A stretch of 64,000 bases of DNA from the human T2T-CHM13v2.0 reference genome, Homo sapiens, in assembly GCF_009914755.1 (NCBI RefSeq), contig NC_060927.1; one strand, 5' to 3'. Under the pieces are notes generated by a model. That model saw only the letters and a list, made by a program, of their open reading frames with translations. It was not told the origin of the DNA and ran no database searches. Numbering within the stretch: position 1 is the stretch's first letter; each line of letters starts with the position of its first letter. Below, one piece after another: positions 43,226-58,752 of this stretch. Made by a program: the position numbers and the translations under genes.

Positions 43226-44959
43226 GAGATTCTTACTGCAGAATTCCGAAAAGAGCAATCAAAGATAGAACTTGAGCCAGTAGAAAATGCACTTAATAAG
43301 AATTGGGCATTGATGGAGTAGTTGTCAATTCTAAAAAACAAAGAAAAATTAATTTGCCAATTTAAAGTACTTGAAATATTTTTAAGTGATGCAGCACATT
43401 CTTTATAAGTTTCTTTTCTATTTGCTTACTATCAATTAAGATCCAAATAGTATTGGAAGTAATGTCCTTAGAATACTAAGCATGCAAATCCATTATTACG
43501 TTTCTTCATGATACTCACTAGTGAGAGTGAGAAGGGGAGATTCCCTGTTTTTACTACTTTTTCTACGCCCAAAGGATGTCAACATAGCTGTGCTACCAAA
43601 GTGAGGCATGTTGTGGCAACTTCCAGAGATGAAGCAAGGTGCTGAGAAAAATTAAACTCTTTCATGCTTGCCCTAAAAACTTAACCCTTTAGTGTGATGT
43701 CAATATCTCAGGGATTCCCTCTAATTCACTGGAGGAAGAAAAAGTCTCACCAATATTATCAATAACATACATTATGCAGTATGGATTTTGTAGGGGCTAA
43801 GTTTTTTTTTTCTTGATAGCCCTTTCTATCCAACTTTCAAGGTTAAATCTAAAAATGTGTGTAAAGTGCTATATGAAATAGCAACGTTTCAATATAATTC
43901 TTATATTTCAGGATGTGTTACAGAGCAGCTGATGGCCCCCAGGGAATCTATCCTTATCACTTCCAAAATTGATTGGTGCTGTTAGCAGAAGGTAGCAGAA
44001 GTTATTTTCCTTCAGATATCTCCAAAGCACAGCACTTGCTCCTTCTATATTTATAACTTAGGCACCCTAATCAACAGCTGCTTCAATGTGATGGGAGCAA
44101 ACCAAGATTCTCAGCTTAGATATGGGCAAGCTTTGAGACAGAATAAAAGCATACTATGTTCCTTTCCTTGATTCAGCTAATTGCTGAATGACATTTTAAT
44201 AAGCATCTGAGGTAAGACAAACCTGCCATTTATATTAAGATCAGCTTTGAGCTGTAGACAAGAATGTGGACTATAGAATTCAGCAGGAACACCCAGATAC
44301 CAAAGCTGCGCAAAATGACAAAAAAAAAAAAACTGATCCTTGCATATCTTTGAAGTCCATAACCAAGGGATAGGAAAATTTTATCTACTTCCTATAAGAA
44401 AAGGCAGTTTCCAAGGGTGGAGCAAGGATAATTTCATGCTGTTAAAATTCTAATTAGAAATTCCTATTTGAAGACTCTGGTAGTTCTTTGCCATCCTTTT
44501 TCTGGACTAACATTTTAGATGCTTGGGTTGTGATCTTCCAGCAAACCTTATTTCAAGATAGGCCCTTTCATCTTTCAAGTGGCTTCGGGGCATCCTTCTC
44601 AGTGCCAAGATCACAGTTATCTATTGCACAAATGAGGCCAAATGAGGATGCCACTTGGCCTTCCTTTCACAAACATCTTTCCTGCCCATGAAAAAGCAAC
44701 AAAGCAGTGAATGGTTCAATGGCATCTGAAGCATATAAATTGTAAATTTCCCCACACAAGGAAATCAATAGATATTTTCAAAAAGTCAAAGAGTTTCCTT
44801 CTATACTAACAAGCTGAATCCACTGGGGGAAAGAAGTGTTGGAAGATCCCACTTCTGTGTTGAGTATGTTGTTATAGTCCCCTGGCTTGTTTTCCTACAC
44901 AAAGATTGAATTCTGAGAGAAGACAATTTTCCTGTAAAACAAGCAATGCAGTCCTTAGC

Positions 44960-45125
44960 CAATGTGACCTTGAACCAGTCCAAGCTTTATCGGCTTTAAT
45001 CTCCTTATATACAAATGGGAATAATAACAGTATCTGCCCCCAACAGATTGTAATGAGGCCTGAGTTCCTGTAAAATGCCTACCCTACTGCCTGGCTCCTA
45101 GTCAATGCCCAGTAAATGGTATCTC
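44960..45125 (+). mobile_element. MIR
   Basis: atgtgaccttgaac...aaatgggaataataacagtatctgcc. Confidence 0.75.
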
Positions 45126-45964
45126 TGAAGTTAACAAGGTCTATATTGATGTTGGTGGTGACTGATGATGATAAGCTGATACTGAATATTAGCTGATATT
45201 GAAATTTAGCTCAGAATCTCCCTATTCTTCCGATCATGCCCTTTCTACATCCCTAACAATGTTTGTTCCTCAGCACTCAGTTAACTCAGATCCCACCCCC
45301 AGATAGAAATAGAATGCCACAGCTTAATAAGTTTGAATGTCTGCAATTTAAAGAGGACTACAAGAAAACAATGAATAAAGTACTCCACAGGGTGAGTTTA
45401 GGTGCCAGAGCATTTCTCCAGGGCAACTTTTTATGGGTAGCCAGGGAGGAAGAAATGAATGAGACCAAGTTAAAGTAGAAGAAACAGAGCTCAATTCAAA
45501 GCCCACCTGGATAGATGGTTTTGTGAGGTTGATTCCTGGATATCACTACAATGAACACCTTTGTTGGAAGAGCTGAGCCATGGAGACTTTTGCTAATGTT
45601 GGTTGATTAGATTATTACACAAAGCAGCATAGAAGGCAGCCTTCCCTCCTGCCCCTTTGCCCTCCTCCTCTTAATTTTGTAGATTGATTTGACCACTCAT
45701 CAGTTAATTAAGATATTTATTCCCTGCACTAGGGTTACCCTACTTATCAGATGATAATAAAACTCATTTGAAAACTAAAGAGAAACATTTAATTCCAAGT
45801 CATATACAAAAGCGCATTTATAGATAGATATCTTGAGGAAAAGCAAGATCTGAACTTCTAAAATTTAAATTCCAAGGTTTGAAGGCAGGAGGGGTTATTT
45901 TTACTGTATTTCAAAGATGCAGGCATTCATGATTAAAATTTTTTTTTCTGATACATTAAAGAGG

Positions 45965-46110
45965 ATTGATCTGGTAGAGGAATAATCATACAGAAGTTGA
46001 AGTCTAAAGTTCTGAATTCAAATTCTGACTCTAATGAGCTCTGTTACCAGAGAAAGTCATTTAATTTCTCCATGCTCCGTTCTCTCACTTGTAAAATGAA
46101 AGTGCTTGAT
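45965..46110 (+). mobile_element. MIR fragment
   Basis: aattcaaattctgactct...aagtcatttaatttctc...ttgtaaaatga. Confidence 0.7.
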
Positions 46111-46570
46111 AGCCTATTTTCTTTTGTGCATGTACATTTTACAATCGTTATACATGTTCATCATTTTTTTAACACATGGGTATGTCAAGATAACAGCAAA
46201 GTTCTCCCTACTCATTACCCAACAGTCTCACTACTCAGAGGTAACTATAGTTAACTGTTTGTATACATTCATATATGTGAAGACATGAAGACATATATTT
46301 TACAGAAAAAATGATTCCACTATGTCAAACGTTGTGCAATTGCTTTTTTATTCCTAATAATATTTTCCTAAGCCTCATTTTAAGTGAGTTCAGGTAAATC
46401 TACTTTAAATACTACATAACATTACATTATGTCATGGTTTATTTAACTTTTCATTGATTTACAAATTTAGGTTATTTCTGTTTTCGTTTTTTAGCTGATG
46501 CAAATAAAGCAGCAATGAATTTTCTTGGGCAACTATCATGTGCACTTAGGCTCATATACCAGTTGACTGG
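46110..46570 (-). mobile_element. L1ME-like fragment
   Basis: cagaggtaactatagttaac...caaataaagcagcaatgaat. Confidence 0.55.
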
Positions 46571-49500
46571 ATATCATAGAATGCTTCTGAGAAATTGATT
46601 TTTTTTTCTCTCCTAGACCATGGTTTTTGGTCTAAAAATGTGTATAGAAAGCTTCAGCAAGTGACTCAGAACACCATCTCTCTTGTCCTCTCTTTCTCTC
46701 TCTCTCAAAAAAACATGCAAATATGACATTATGACATTTTACTGCAAACCTGACAGAAACCCACATGAAAGCCTGCATAAGGGTTTTCAGAAAGTTTTAT
46801 TTAATATTGTCAATAATGGCATACAGTTTAAACTGCCAAATCCCTCAGAACTTTAGAGAAATATTTAGAAATTGATGAATGTTAATAACAACAATGTAAT
46901 GACATAGTCGGGGGTTGGGGGGGAGATGATAATTTGTTAAAGAAAAACATGCAGAGCTCAGCTGAGAAGAAAAATCCCCTTTTCTGACTGACACAACTGA
47001 GCAAAGAGAATCATTCAACTTCAAAGCCAAAACAAAAAAACTTAACTACTTACCATAATTTGGGAGTAAAGATTGACAGTTTGCAGCAAAAGTTAATCTC
47101 CTGATTCATGTTGAAGGCATTGACTCAATAGAGTACCATCATTTATAGTATTGCCTATGAGTTAATAAAATTTGCTATTGGAGAGTTTACAACTTCCTCT
47201 GTTTAAGAACAAAGGTTCCTTAAAAAAAAAAGAAGATGTAATTTTACTTATGCCTCTTTCAACTCAAACACTGCACAAGCGAACAACATATGGTAATTCA
47301 AACCAATAAAAGTTACTACAAAGAAAAGAATATGATGGATGGCCTGTTCACCTGTTTCTGAAGGTAGAGTATCATCAAGTTGGAGAAAAGGAAGTCAGGT
47401 AGAAATGGCATGACCACCATCTTATTTTCTTCCATCACTGCATTTATCCAACAATGCCCATTTACCGTACATGCACTTAATTTTTATTGTAACCATCCAT
47501 ATTCATCTCAGAGTGAGATGTATTTCCTAGGTGTGAGGGAAGATTTCCAAATTAATAAGTTATTTCTGCATCAAAATTCTCTGAAAGGATTATGAAGAGT
47601 GTGATGAGAAAAATCACACTTTCAACCCTAGTCTGAAACAGCACAATATATACTTTTGTTTTTTTTAAAGAAACTTCTTGTAAGGGGCCAAAACAATTAA
47701 AGAAACCATTCTGGGATGGTCAACTAGTCACCCCAAGCAGTTTCTTCTTTCTTTATAGCTGCATCTTTGAGACAGTTGTAGAATATGACAAATTAAAAGA
47801 GACCAGGGCTGATAGTTTCACAAAAATTACAGTTTCATAAAAATTATTAATGTAATTTTGAAATTATTTACATTAATGAACTCCAAAGGAAATCCTGAGT
47901 CTATAATAAGGACATATAACAAAAAAACTGAAAATGAAATTTTCACAATCTCATAATATTCAATCCTTACTTTCTCAGTATTATTACAGATATCCTACAG
48001 GTTTCTAAGATTTTCAGTGTTTCAGAACTATTCCTGTTAGTGTGAAATTTCCAACATACAGAAAAGCTGTATTTTTTATAAATCTTACAGAAATGCTTAT
48101 CTTAGGCAAAAATGTTTCACTTAGAAATACGTCATTAAAGGATTTTGGATTCTACATAGTGGCTACTTTAGAGGGAACTCTACTCTGGATATTTTCTGTT
48201 GTTATCTGCCTGACTTTCATTCACTTGTCTTTTGCATCCTGAGGAACTGCCCCTTCCATAATCTCAGTAGGATGGTGTTTGTCATTTCCACAGCACCACA
48301 TGTGGTCAGGTGATCCAAGCCTGATCAATTACAGCATCACATCCCTGGAGCCATAGTGATTAGTTTAGAGGTGAACAAAGGAGCTCAGTCAAGGCTGATT
48401 GTAGCCAATGAGTCAATGTATTCAATGCCAGGGCTCTAACTTGAAAGAGAGATGCTCTGTTTCCATGTGTACTGCTTTTAATTCATGGATATCCATTTTC
48501 ACTCACTTTTAGTTTTTGTTTTGTTTTGCTTTAATCATTTCTACTCCCTCTCTTCAGGTTGTTGTTTTTTTTTTTTTTTTTTCTAACTCTGGCCAACTTT
48601 TTCCATGTCTTATTCTTTTGGAACTGCAGTATCCCAGGAACCACCCAGAGAACAGAAAAACATTTTTTGCTTCAGAAGGATTAGGATCTAGGCACCATGT
48701 GGAATTCAGTTGAAGAGTTTCTTACATGTTCTTTACAAAAACAACAAAACAGAAAATAATAAATGAAACAACTACCATCAAAAGGCAGCTGACCCAGCAC
48801 TTCTTTTCCTTTTTTCTTGAAGTTTGGCTGGGCAGCCTGCAAAACAAAGAAACGTATTGGCGATATGAGGTTCATATGTCAGAACTCTTTATCTTGAGTG
48901 GGGCTGAAAACTTAACTTGAATTGACTTGAGAGAGAGAAGATATTTTCTCCTCTATCAGAAACGTTCAGGGTAGATGTTGGCTTAGGGCACAAATGAATT
49001 CAGGATCCAAATGATGTCATTGGACTCATTTTTACTCCTTATCTCCACTCTGTCTTCCTCTGTTGATTTTATGGTCAGGACCTGAGACGTTAAAGCTTGT
49101 AGTGACACCTGAAAAATCAAGGCTCAAGTACTTTTTATAGCTGGGGGAAGAGGAAGCATAAGCAAGATTTTCATTGTGCCTCATTGGATTTGACTGAACC
49201 CATTCATTCGTTCATTCATTCATTCATTCATCTACTCCTGTTTCTCTCTAAGCAGTTACTTTCTGATTAAAAACACATCAATGACCACAGCATCCCTAAG
49301 ATGGTGACTTCCGATCACAAGTCTATGTGACTTTCCAACTCATCTCTCCAAAGGAAACTAATTCAAACTCACGCTAATTTCAAAATCCATGGCGAGAGAT
49401 TCTGAAAGAAGTCATTTTTTGTCTACCCCTAGTCCAATCAGAGGAGCTGTGAAGATTGCCACTTTGGGGCATTAAGGCAGGGTCTCTGAGAAAGCAGAGA

Positions 49501-49799
49501 GACAGAAGAGGAAACAGTCCCAGCATAACACAGTCCCCACCATAATACAAACAGATCTCAAAATTCTTTAGGGTCTTTCTGTTATGCCAACCTATTCACT
49601 CATGTGATACAGAAATGGAGACAACATTGGATAACTCTCCACATTCAGGCTAGGCAGAATTCCCAATCCCAGCCTTCTCCATGTGCTCCCAAAGTGCAAG
49701 CTTCACCCCAGACCAGTGAAGTACGATGAGTAAACCTCAAGGAATAACATAAATGCCTATAAGCAACTCCAGCTTAATTTCTAACTTGTACCAAATATG

Positions 49800-49930
49800 C
49801 CAGATACAATGAGTTCAAATCCTGGCTCCATTAATTAGCTATGTTGCCTTGGGCAAGTCACTAAACTTCTCTTTGCCACATTTTCTTTAACTGTAAAATG
49901 TAACCCTCACGATTTTTGTGTAAACCTCAT
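49800..49930 (+). mobile_element. MIR fragment
   Basis: gagttcaaatcctggctcc...ccttgggcaagtcactaaac. Confidence 0.8.
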
Positions 49931-51064
49931 GATATCCCTCCTTCATAAAATTCTGTGTATCATGATTTTCCACAGTGGGACTATTTGGTAGTATTCTCTT
50001 ATACTTAAACCCCTGTTAACACTTGTAAGTTTTCTATTACCTACCCACCCCTAAATGATGACAAGGCAAAGTCAGAGAGCGTCAGTGTGGAAATATAAAT
50101 CTGACTTCTCAACCCAGCCCTGAGCCCAGACATAGTGTTGCTTTGAAAAGGCACTAAACTTGGGCCCCCAGATTGTCACCTATAAAATGAGGGAATTGGA
50201 GTGATTGTTTCTGTTTCCTTCCGGCCTTATTCTAAGAATACCCGTTAAGTGTAACAATTATTTTAAGACTGAACTTATGGTAACTTAAATGTTACCGTCA
50301 TGGAAAATTAAGATGCCTTTGTTAAACAAGGGAAGTACCAGTGTGCTGTCAAATATGGAATTCTCTTGTATAAATGTGACTGGAGAAAAAAAATGTGAGA
50401 GAGCAACCTCTGAGCAAGGCTTCTGATAGTCTCTGAGGTAATATCCTGAGAGGATATGGCTCCTTATTAAGAGATCCCGGCCCAGCACAGCAGAAGGAGG
50501 AAGAAGCAGCAAAATGTTTTCCCCTGTGATATGTTGCTGGTCTTTCACAGATCTGTATTGTTTTTCCTCCCTTGTTTCCATTTATTGGTTAACTACTAAT
50601 ATTAATAGTTTTCTTAGCCTTGTAGTAACCCCCATTTGTGATTTAGAAAACAGATTCCAAAGGCAATCCTTGTTTCACTGGAAGTTGAGATTTTGGCTTG
50701 CTGTACCTCGTGGCCTTCTGGGTTCTGACGGAGGCTTAACCTGAGAAGAATATTATGTCTGGTTAAGGAACAGAGCAGTCCCTGAGCTGCCACAACTATA
50801 GATCCTTGGTATGCCAGGAAATATACTTTTGTTCCAGGATCCTTTTCAAGTCACTACCCAGGCCTCTCCAAAGAAGCAAATGCCATTCTGTCTTGATTTT
50901 CATCCTGACATGGGCTTGGGCACAAATACATTGTCCAGCAGCATCAAACACTGTTCTGCAGAGGCTTCATCCTCAAACCATCCTATCAAAGAAATAACTG
51001 CAGGATACTCAGCCTCACGGTAGAACTCATTGTGACTACAAACCCTGTTTTATATACCTAATCA

Positions 51065-51588
<524 letters not shown>

Positions 51589-51669
51589 ATAATTCATAGA
51601 TAGATATGAATGGGTATGATATTTCACACTTGAGAGAAATAAGGGAGGTGGGAAAAAATCATTCTTTGA

Positions 51670-51850
51670 ACAATTGCTACTTGTCAAGCTTTAAATGCAT
51701 TGTAAAATTAAATCCAAATAAGAACTCTGGGTGTGGCAAGGCAGTCTACTTCCATATTACAGAGCTATGAGGCAATTTGCTCGAGGCCACTCAGCTAGTA
51801 ACAGCTGAGCTGGGATCCGAACCCAAGTCTGTTTTTCTCACCACTTCAAC
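51670..51850 (-). mobile_element. MIR
   Basis: gaggccactcagctagtaacagctgagctgggatccgaacccaagtct. Confidence 0.7.
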
Positions 51851-52939
51851 CACCAAATGCCCATATATCACTTGAAATAACTGGGGGAATTCATTTTCTA
51901 ATTTAGATTCATATTGATGCTTATTATATGATGTTTCTTATCTTGTGAACAAGGCTTATTTCTATAGCGTTTTCTTAACATCCCAGAAAGTAAAATTTTT
52001 CTCCAAAAGAGACTCTGAGAATTTTAATATTTTGCTTACTCAAAAAGGCAGATTACATTCTGCATTCAAAACAAAATAGCTCCCCCTACAGTTTTTGCTC
52101 TATTCTCATCCTCGGCTTTGGCAAACAACACAGAGAACCCCTAGGTCAGATACCAGAAGGCAGAGCTGTGCACTTGCCCCTTATTGATGGGAATAATTAT
52201 TGGTCCATCTGCTTAGAGAGGATCAGCGTTGCTACTCAGGACAAGGAGGCAGCCCTTTAACATTTCCTCACTTTCTTAAGTGTCGGCAACAATTAGCAGA
52301 ATAACTCTGTAGTTGCTAAGAGTCTCGTGTTGATTTTGACAGGCTCCAGGCTGGAGTAAAAATGTGCTTTCTGGAGGCCAAATTCCCTTCCAACTTCCAG
52401 TGCATAGCTGGCAAAGGCAGACACTGTCAGCTATTCAAGTGCCGAGATTCCTCTGTGATGTCATGAGTCCCAGCTTGGCCCAGAGCCCACTGCCTCCCGG
52501 TAACTGGTTGGAAACTTGCAAAGCTGTGCGTCAGCATCACGTTAGGAACATGGCACCTACGTGCTCTCCCATGGGTCTGCAACGAGGGAACACCACTGAT
52601 GATGCAAGGACTGCTGGGAACTTCACTATAGTTCTGGGTGCTCAGTGGCCCTGGGGACGTCAATAATTTGAACTGGCCTAACGTCATTTACTCTCACTAT
52701 CCCTTAGAAAAATCAGCTGTCTCTGCCTCTTTTGGACTTGGTTCTTTCTCCTAGGTAATTTCCCAAGGAATTTTTAGGTGGAGGGAGGTGGAAGACCCTT
52801 CATGTAGTCCATGCAAGACCTACCTAAGTGGACAAATGAAGGAAGATGGATAATAATCAGCCACCTATTGATAATGTTAAGAAAAATTAAATTAGCAAAT
52901 GGAGCTAGAAAGTACCCTGAAAACTTTAAAGGATATAGA

Positions 52940-53190
52940 AATAATAATTAACATGTGATGAGCTCTTAACATGGGCTAACGACTGTGTTAACAACTTTAC
53001 ATGTAATATTTCTTTTAATCCTCAAACCAGGCTTATAAAGTTCATTCTATTAATAGACCCATTTTGCAGAAGAGAAAACTGAGTTGGAGAAGTTAAATAT
53101 TAAAAAGATGTCAAATTGCACAGCAGAAAATTAACTCTATATCTGTATGACTCTAAAGCTCATGTTCTTAACACTGGATAGCACTGCTTC
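52940..53190 (-). mobile_element. MIR
   Basis: cccattttgcagaagagaaaactgagttggagaagttaa. Confidence 0.78.
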
Positions 53191-53399
53191 CCCAAAACAG
53201 AAGTGCAAGTTAAGTAGCAATTTATAGTGGAAAGTATAATCAGATACTAGGAATGATACTCAGATCCTGAGAAAACTGAGATTTTAAAACATGAGCATGC
53301 TTTCTCAGTAAAGTTGCCCTTTGCACCCGTAAAGTGCCTCTTACCTCGATGACTGAACATGACAATTAGTGTGTATAGAATGATTTGTGACTTTTTAAG

Positions 53400-53570
53400 A
53401 ATTTCCATATGTGCCATTTTATTGAATCCTCCCAGTAATCCTATAAGAAACACAGGGCAGGAATGTCTACTTTCTAGATAAAGCAACTGAGGAAGTTAAG
53501 TGACATGGCCAAGGTCCCATAATTTAAAAAGAGGAATCTACTGATTCTCAGTTCATAGCTTTTTCTACTT
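53400..53570 (-). mobile_element. MIR
   Basis: tagataaagcaactgaggaagttaagtgacatggccaaggtc. Confidence 0.7.
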
Positions 53571-54399
53571 CCCTGAGATGCCTGACTTGGGAACAAATGG
53601 TAACTTCAATTCTTCCACCTCTTCCCTACAGCAAACCTAGCCCTTGGTATCTGCCTTTCTCCATCTTCTCTAAAGAGATAACAATCCTGTCACCCACAAA
53701 CTTCTGTGCATCCAAGGACAGGGTTTAATAAATAACTTATTTGCGCCCTAATCCTCCCTGCCTGTCAATATTTGCTGAATGGCTTCTTTAGAAACCGCCC
53801 CAAGTTTTCTTGACCAGCTGAAAGTGATGAGCAATGGAGATAATTTACAAGGCAGGAGGAATGAATGAGAGTTTGGTGGACTAGACATTTGGGGATGATA
53901 TTGTCTAAATTGGTTAATTTCTTTTAATCAAGTGGCTTAGTTCAAGCCATCATTAGCTCTCCCATGTCAGTGGTATAAGTGGAATGACCTCCTAAAAGGT
54001 CCTGCTGCACCCGGCCAACCATTTGGATCTGTTTTTTAAAGTGAAGCCAATTTAATCTTACAAAAAATGTAAGTTCCTCTTGGCTTTAAGCCTTTCAAAT
54101 GCTTCCCAAGGCCTTTAGGATTAAAATAACAAATCCTTATAATAACATATGACCCCGGCTTACTTGTCCAACCTCTGCTCGGGTCACTCCCCAACATGCC
54201 GCATTTCCCCTCTCAGTCTGCACCCTCATCTCTTTACCCAATGTATGAGAATTCCCTTCACAACTTCCCTGACAATAGTCCTCCAACCTAGGCTTGAACA
54301 TGCCCAGGAATAGCCTGGCAGAATAGCCGTTCTCTTGACAAGCACATCAAATTATCATTCCCTAGCTGAGTCCCAATCAGCTCCTTTATAACTTGGGAT

Positions 54400-54580
54400 C
54401 AGAAGTCATGGAGATTTGGGTCCATGCACACTGGCTGTGTGAGTCAATGTCAAAGCCTCAGTTTCCTCATCTGAGAAATGGGTAACCTGATGAAGTTGTA
54501 GCAATTAAGTGAGAACAGGTGCAGAGTACTCCTAACAGTGCCCTAAATGTAGTAAGTGTTCAGTAAGTATTAGCCATCAT
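54400..54580 (+). mobile_element. MIR
   Basis: agcctcagtttcctcatctgagaaatggg...gtagtaagtgttcagtaagtattagc. Confidence 0.8.
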
Positions 54581-55035
54581 CATCATCATCACTTTCACCA
54601 CATGCCTTTCCATTCACTTGGCTACACATCCTGAGTTTCTTCAACAAATGCAGAATAGCATTATCTATTTAAAAATCAGTTAACATTTAATAGTCCCCCC
54701 AGGACATATAGCCTAATGCCCTTTTATCTAGGGAGAAGTCTTGGATTATCATAAGAAGTTCCCTAGCTCTGCTGCCAAGTTATGGGGGTTTACTGACTAG
54801 GACCACAAGTTGATTGCCACATCTCCTCCCACCAAACCAGGCCCACACCTAATGCCCATGTACACACACCAAAGAATAAGTGAATTTCCCAGTTCAGTTA
54901 CTTTTAGAGTTGGACTTCTAATCCAGCTTGAGTCTATACTACATCAACACTATAGGAATAGAAGAGGAGGAGGAGACAGTCTAAGACCCAGGACAGTTGC
55001 AAAAGGATTTTTTGTTTAACAAAAAAGAAAATAAT

Positions 55036-55458
<423 letters not shown>

Positions 55459-56149
55459 CTACTTCAAAGCGTATCATCTAAGTTATTGCCTTTCATAAAG
55501 ACACAAAAATGAGACATTAATTTGTGCAGCATGAATTGAATTTCTGAAGGAAATACATGGGGAGTGTGTTTGAGGAGAAACTATAGAGGCCAATGTAGTA
55601 AAACACGCCTCCCTGCATTGGTGTTATGAATCATCACACTCAGCCAATGTGGGTAGACTGTGCCTCATTTCATCATGTCTGTAGACCATGCCAGATGACC
55701 TTAAAGAAGCATCACATGTTTCTTTGCATATACAGCCTCATCTAACCATAAAGAAATAATTAAAACAAGCAACAAATAAAAATTGTGGACATGTATTTTT
55801 TAACTGAAATGTAGCATAGCAACTACAGCAATGAAACAGATAAGAGAGAAAACAGATCAATATTTATAGCATAAATTTTGGTAACACAAAACCAAACTAC
55901 CATTCAAGGAACCCAACTCTTCTTGCCACATCACCCCAGGAAGGCAGCCAACTCAAGGCAAAAGAGGACATTAATTTCTCAGTTCTCACCCCTATATGAT
56001 TCCCACTCCCTCTTTATACCATGAGGACCTGCTCTAAGCAAATAGGGCTCATGGGAAGTTGACAGCAACACCTTCTCACCCCATCAGCGTGGCCTTTCTT
56101 CCTCATTGCAGCCACTGACAGCTTTCTGTCCTCCAGGCACTCAGAACAT

Positions 56150-56720
56150 TGATTCACCCGGACTCCTTTGGTTACAAGTGTCAGAAACTAAACTTACTGA
56201 GTTAAGCCAAACTGGAATGATGGGTTCAAATAGCAGGGAAGTCCAGGAGTAAGCTGGCCCCAGGAAGCCCAGTGACTTAGACAATGTGATTACATTTTAC
56301 CATCTCCCTCCATCTCCAAGCTCAGGTTCTACATGTTGTCTTCTTCCTTTTCTATAGATTGGCTTCTTCCTCGTGGCCAGGTTGAATGAGGAAATGGTAA
56401 AAGAGGTGTGGATGCAGACAACTCTGGGCTTTCATTTCCTGCTTAGTAACACCAGAGCTTCTCTATTCCATTATCTCTCTCTATGAAACTGCAGGGAAGG
56501 ACTCTGATTGGCCTAAATTGGGTCATGTGCTCATCCCTGTGGCCATGGAAACCAGTTACTATGATTGGCCAGGCCTACTTTTTATGTCCATTCCTACGGC
56601 TGCAGGGCCATGTCCTGTGATTGGCAGCTCCTCAGAACCACATGGAGTGGAAGAGCTGTTCCTAGAAATAGGGTGCTTGTTATTCTGAGAGGTAAGTAGA
56701 AAAGACAAAAAAATGACAGT
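56150..56720 (-). mobile_element. Old MaLR LTR (MLT1K/L-like)
   Basis: ttggttacaagtgtcagaaac...gactctgattggcctaaattgggtcatgtgctcatccctg. Confidence 0.7.
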
Positions 56721-58752
56721 TATTTACCATATCATCCCATTCTGTCTTTATTACCAGAATACACACATCCTCTGACCCTCTTTCACTTTAACCCATGACC
56801 TCTGCTTCCCATTAAATATTTTCTGGAATAATTCTTATAAACATAGACCTTTTAAATCCTGCCTTAAAATCCCACTTGATCTCATTTTCACATTTAAAGA
56901 AATCCATCCTAGAAGTCATAAGTAAATAAAAAACACTTTGTGTTTACTACAGTTTGGTTTTAAAAAAAACTTCAGAATTACTTTTGTAGAACTCAAAAAA
57001 ACATTCAATTACCAACCATTCCTCCTTTCGAAAGTTCCAAGATGCACAAAGGCTGCTCTCAAGGCCACTCACCTGCCTGCTCAGATACTGACAACCGACC
57101 CCTCCAAACAGTCCCACTTTTAATTTCCCCTTAAATAGTTCTATTTATTTTCTCCTACCATTTACTCTTTGACCTTTCTAGAGTAATGAGCTAGAATTTC
57201 CAGACCTCACCACTTACAGTGATTGTAATAATAAAAACCAAGAAGTTGGTGATCAAGCCAGCGACCTATTAGGTGGAGCAGGAGAAATGGTGGGCCAGGC
57301 AGGCAAAGTCAGGTTTTTCATAGCAGGTGAGGGAGGGAGGGGTCTGTGCATACTCACATGCTGATGTATTTTCCCTGCAATCTCCCTATTCACTTAAAGT
57401 TCAGAGAGTTGGCAAAAGCCACTTATTTCACAAACTCATTCACAACAAGGCAGGGTTACCAAAGCACAGATGCTACACAGTGAAATAGCTTTGTAGTCAA
57501 ATAAATCTGGGAAAGGCTTCCCATCATATCCCTCGATTTGAGGTTTATAGTGTACCTGAAAGACTGACAATTTTTACAGTGAAGGCAGATGTTTCTCTTG
57601 TTTTACCTGTCATTCCAAAAACACACTTGTGAATAGAACTCTTCACAATAACACCCATTAAAAGTCTTAGGAATATACTTCAAGAATTGTACCACCAAGA
57701 GATTTGTGGCTACTAATACCATCTCCGGGAGAATTTTTGCTTTTTTCAGAAGGCTGGCTCAAACGTCAGAACTCTACTGATGGAGATGTTGGGCAAGCAG
57801 CCAGCCTGTGGTAGGTACTGGGAAAGAGAACCTTTTGATATCTCGTCTTCTGCGGCCTCTATTTGGTTTGGACTGGCTCTCCATACACCACTGCTGAGTT
57901 TCTGAGCACTATACATTGGAGAATAATCATTTTGGTTCCACTGAAAGGCCTCTCTTTTCATCAAACTAGTGTAGCCCTTTTACATCTCTCATTGCTCCAG
58001 GGAGCTATGAGCAGTTTTCCTACCAAAGGCACCAGGTGCTGTCTGTGTTTCTGGGACCTTCTCCAGTGCCTGTCTCTGTTGGTCCCCTTGAATGTGCTGC
58101 CTCCATTTTGCTACTTGTAATTGAGAACCATGGGCTTCAGGCTGGGTTTCCATCTCCCTGCCTTGCCCCATTAGACTTGATGTTATATTCCGGAGTTTCA
58201 GTCCCAACCCAAAACCTACTCTCATATGCCTAAACTACAGGTCAACCTCACCCTATTAAATTCAGCTCAGGGTTGAGCTTTTAACCCACCACTTGCCTGC
58301 AAGAGAAAAATAGAAGTTCCTTTCCTTCTATTTACATTATTTCTGAAATTTCTGAAATAGAAGGAAATAATTTACATTATAAATAATTACATTAGATTAT
58401 TTCTGAAATCTACATTTCAGAAAATTTTAGCTCTTTGGTCAAACTTGGTGCTTTCTACTTGCATTACTGTTATGTGTATGAATGACCTAAGTCCCTGCCC
58501 CACTGCCACACATCTCAAGCTTCTTCAAGACAAAACAAAAATCTATATCTGTTTTTCTCCTTATCTCCCTAATACCTGGGTAACGTCTTTTGCAGGTAGT
58601 AAGCACTTAACAAATGCCTATTAACTGAATCAATAAGAGAATATATAATCTTATATAGCATGTGGATGCTTTGGAGGACTAACAGAAAAGACAAAATATT
58701 TATAAATTTAACATATTAAATCCTGTTAATTTAGAATTTCCTAAGCCAAAAG

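Noticed and set aside
45174-45212. 17-bp imperfect tandem duplication (similar 19-bp one at 22871-22912)
   Set aside because: Common slippage-scale events
57700-58250. Overlapping 65-85 aa ORFs in non-repetitive-looking DNA
   Set aside because: No recognisable domain, non-ATG starts, lengths expected by chance
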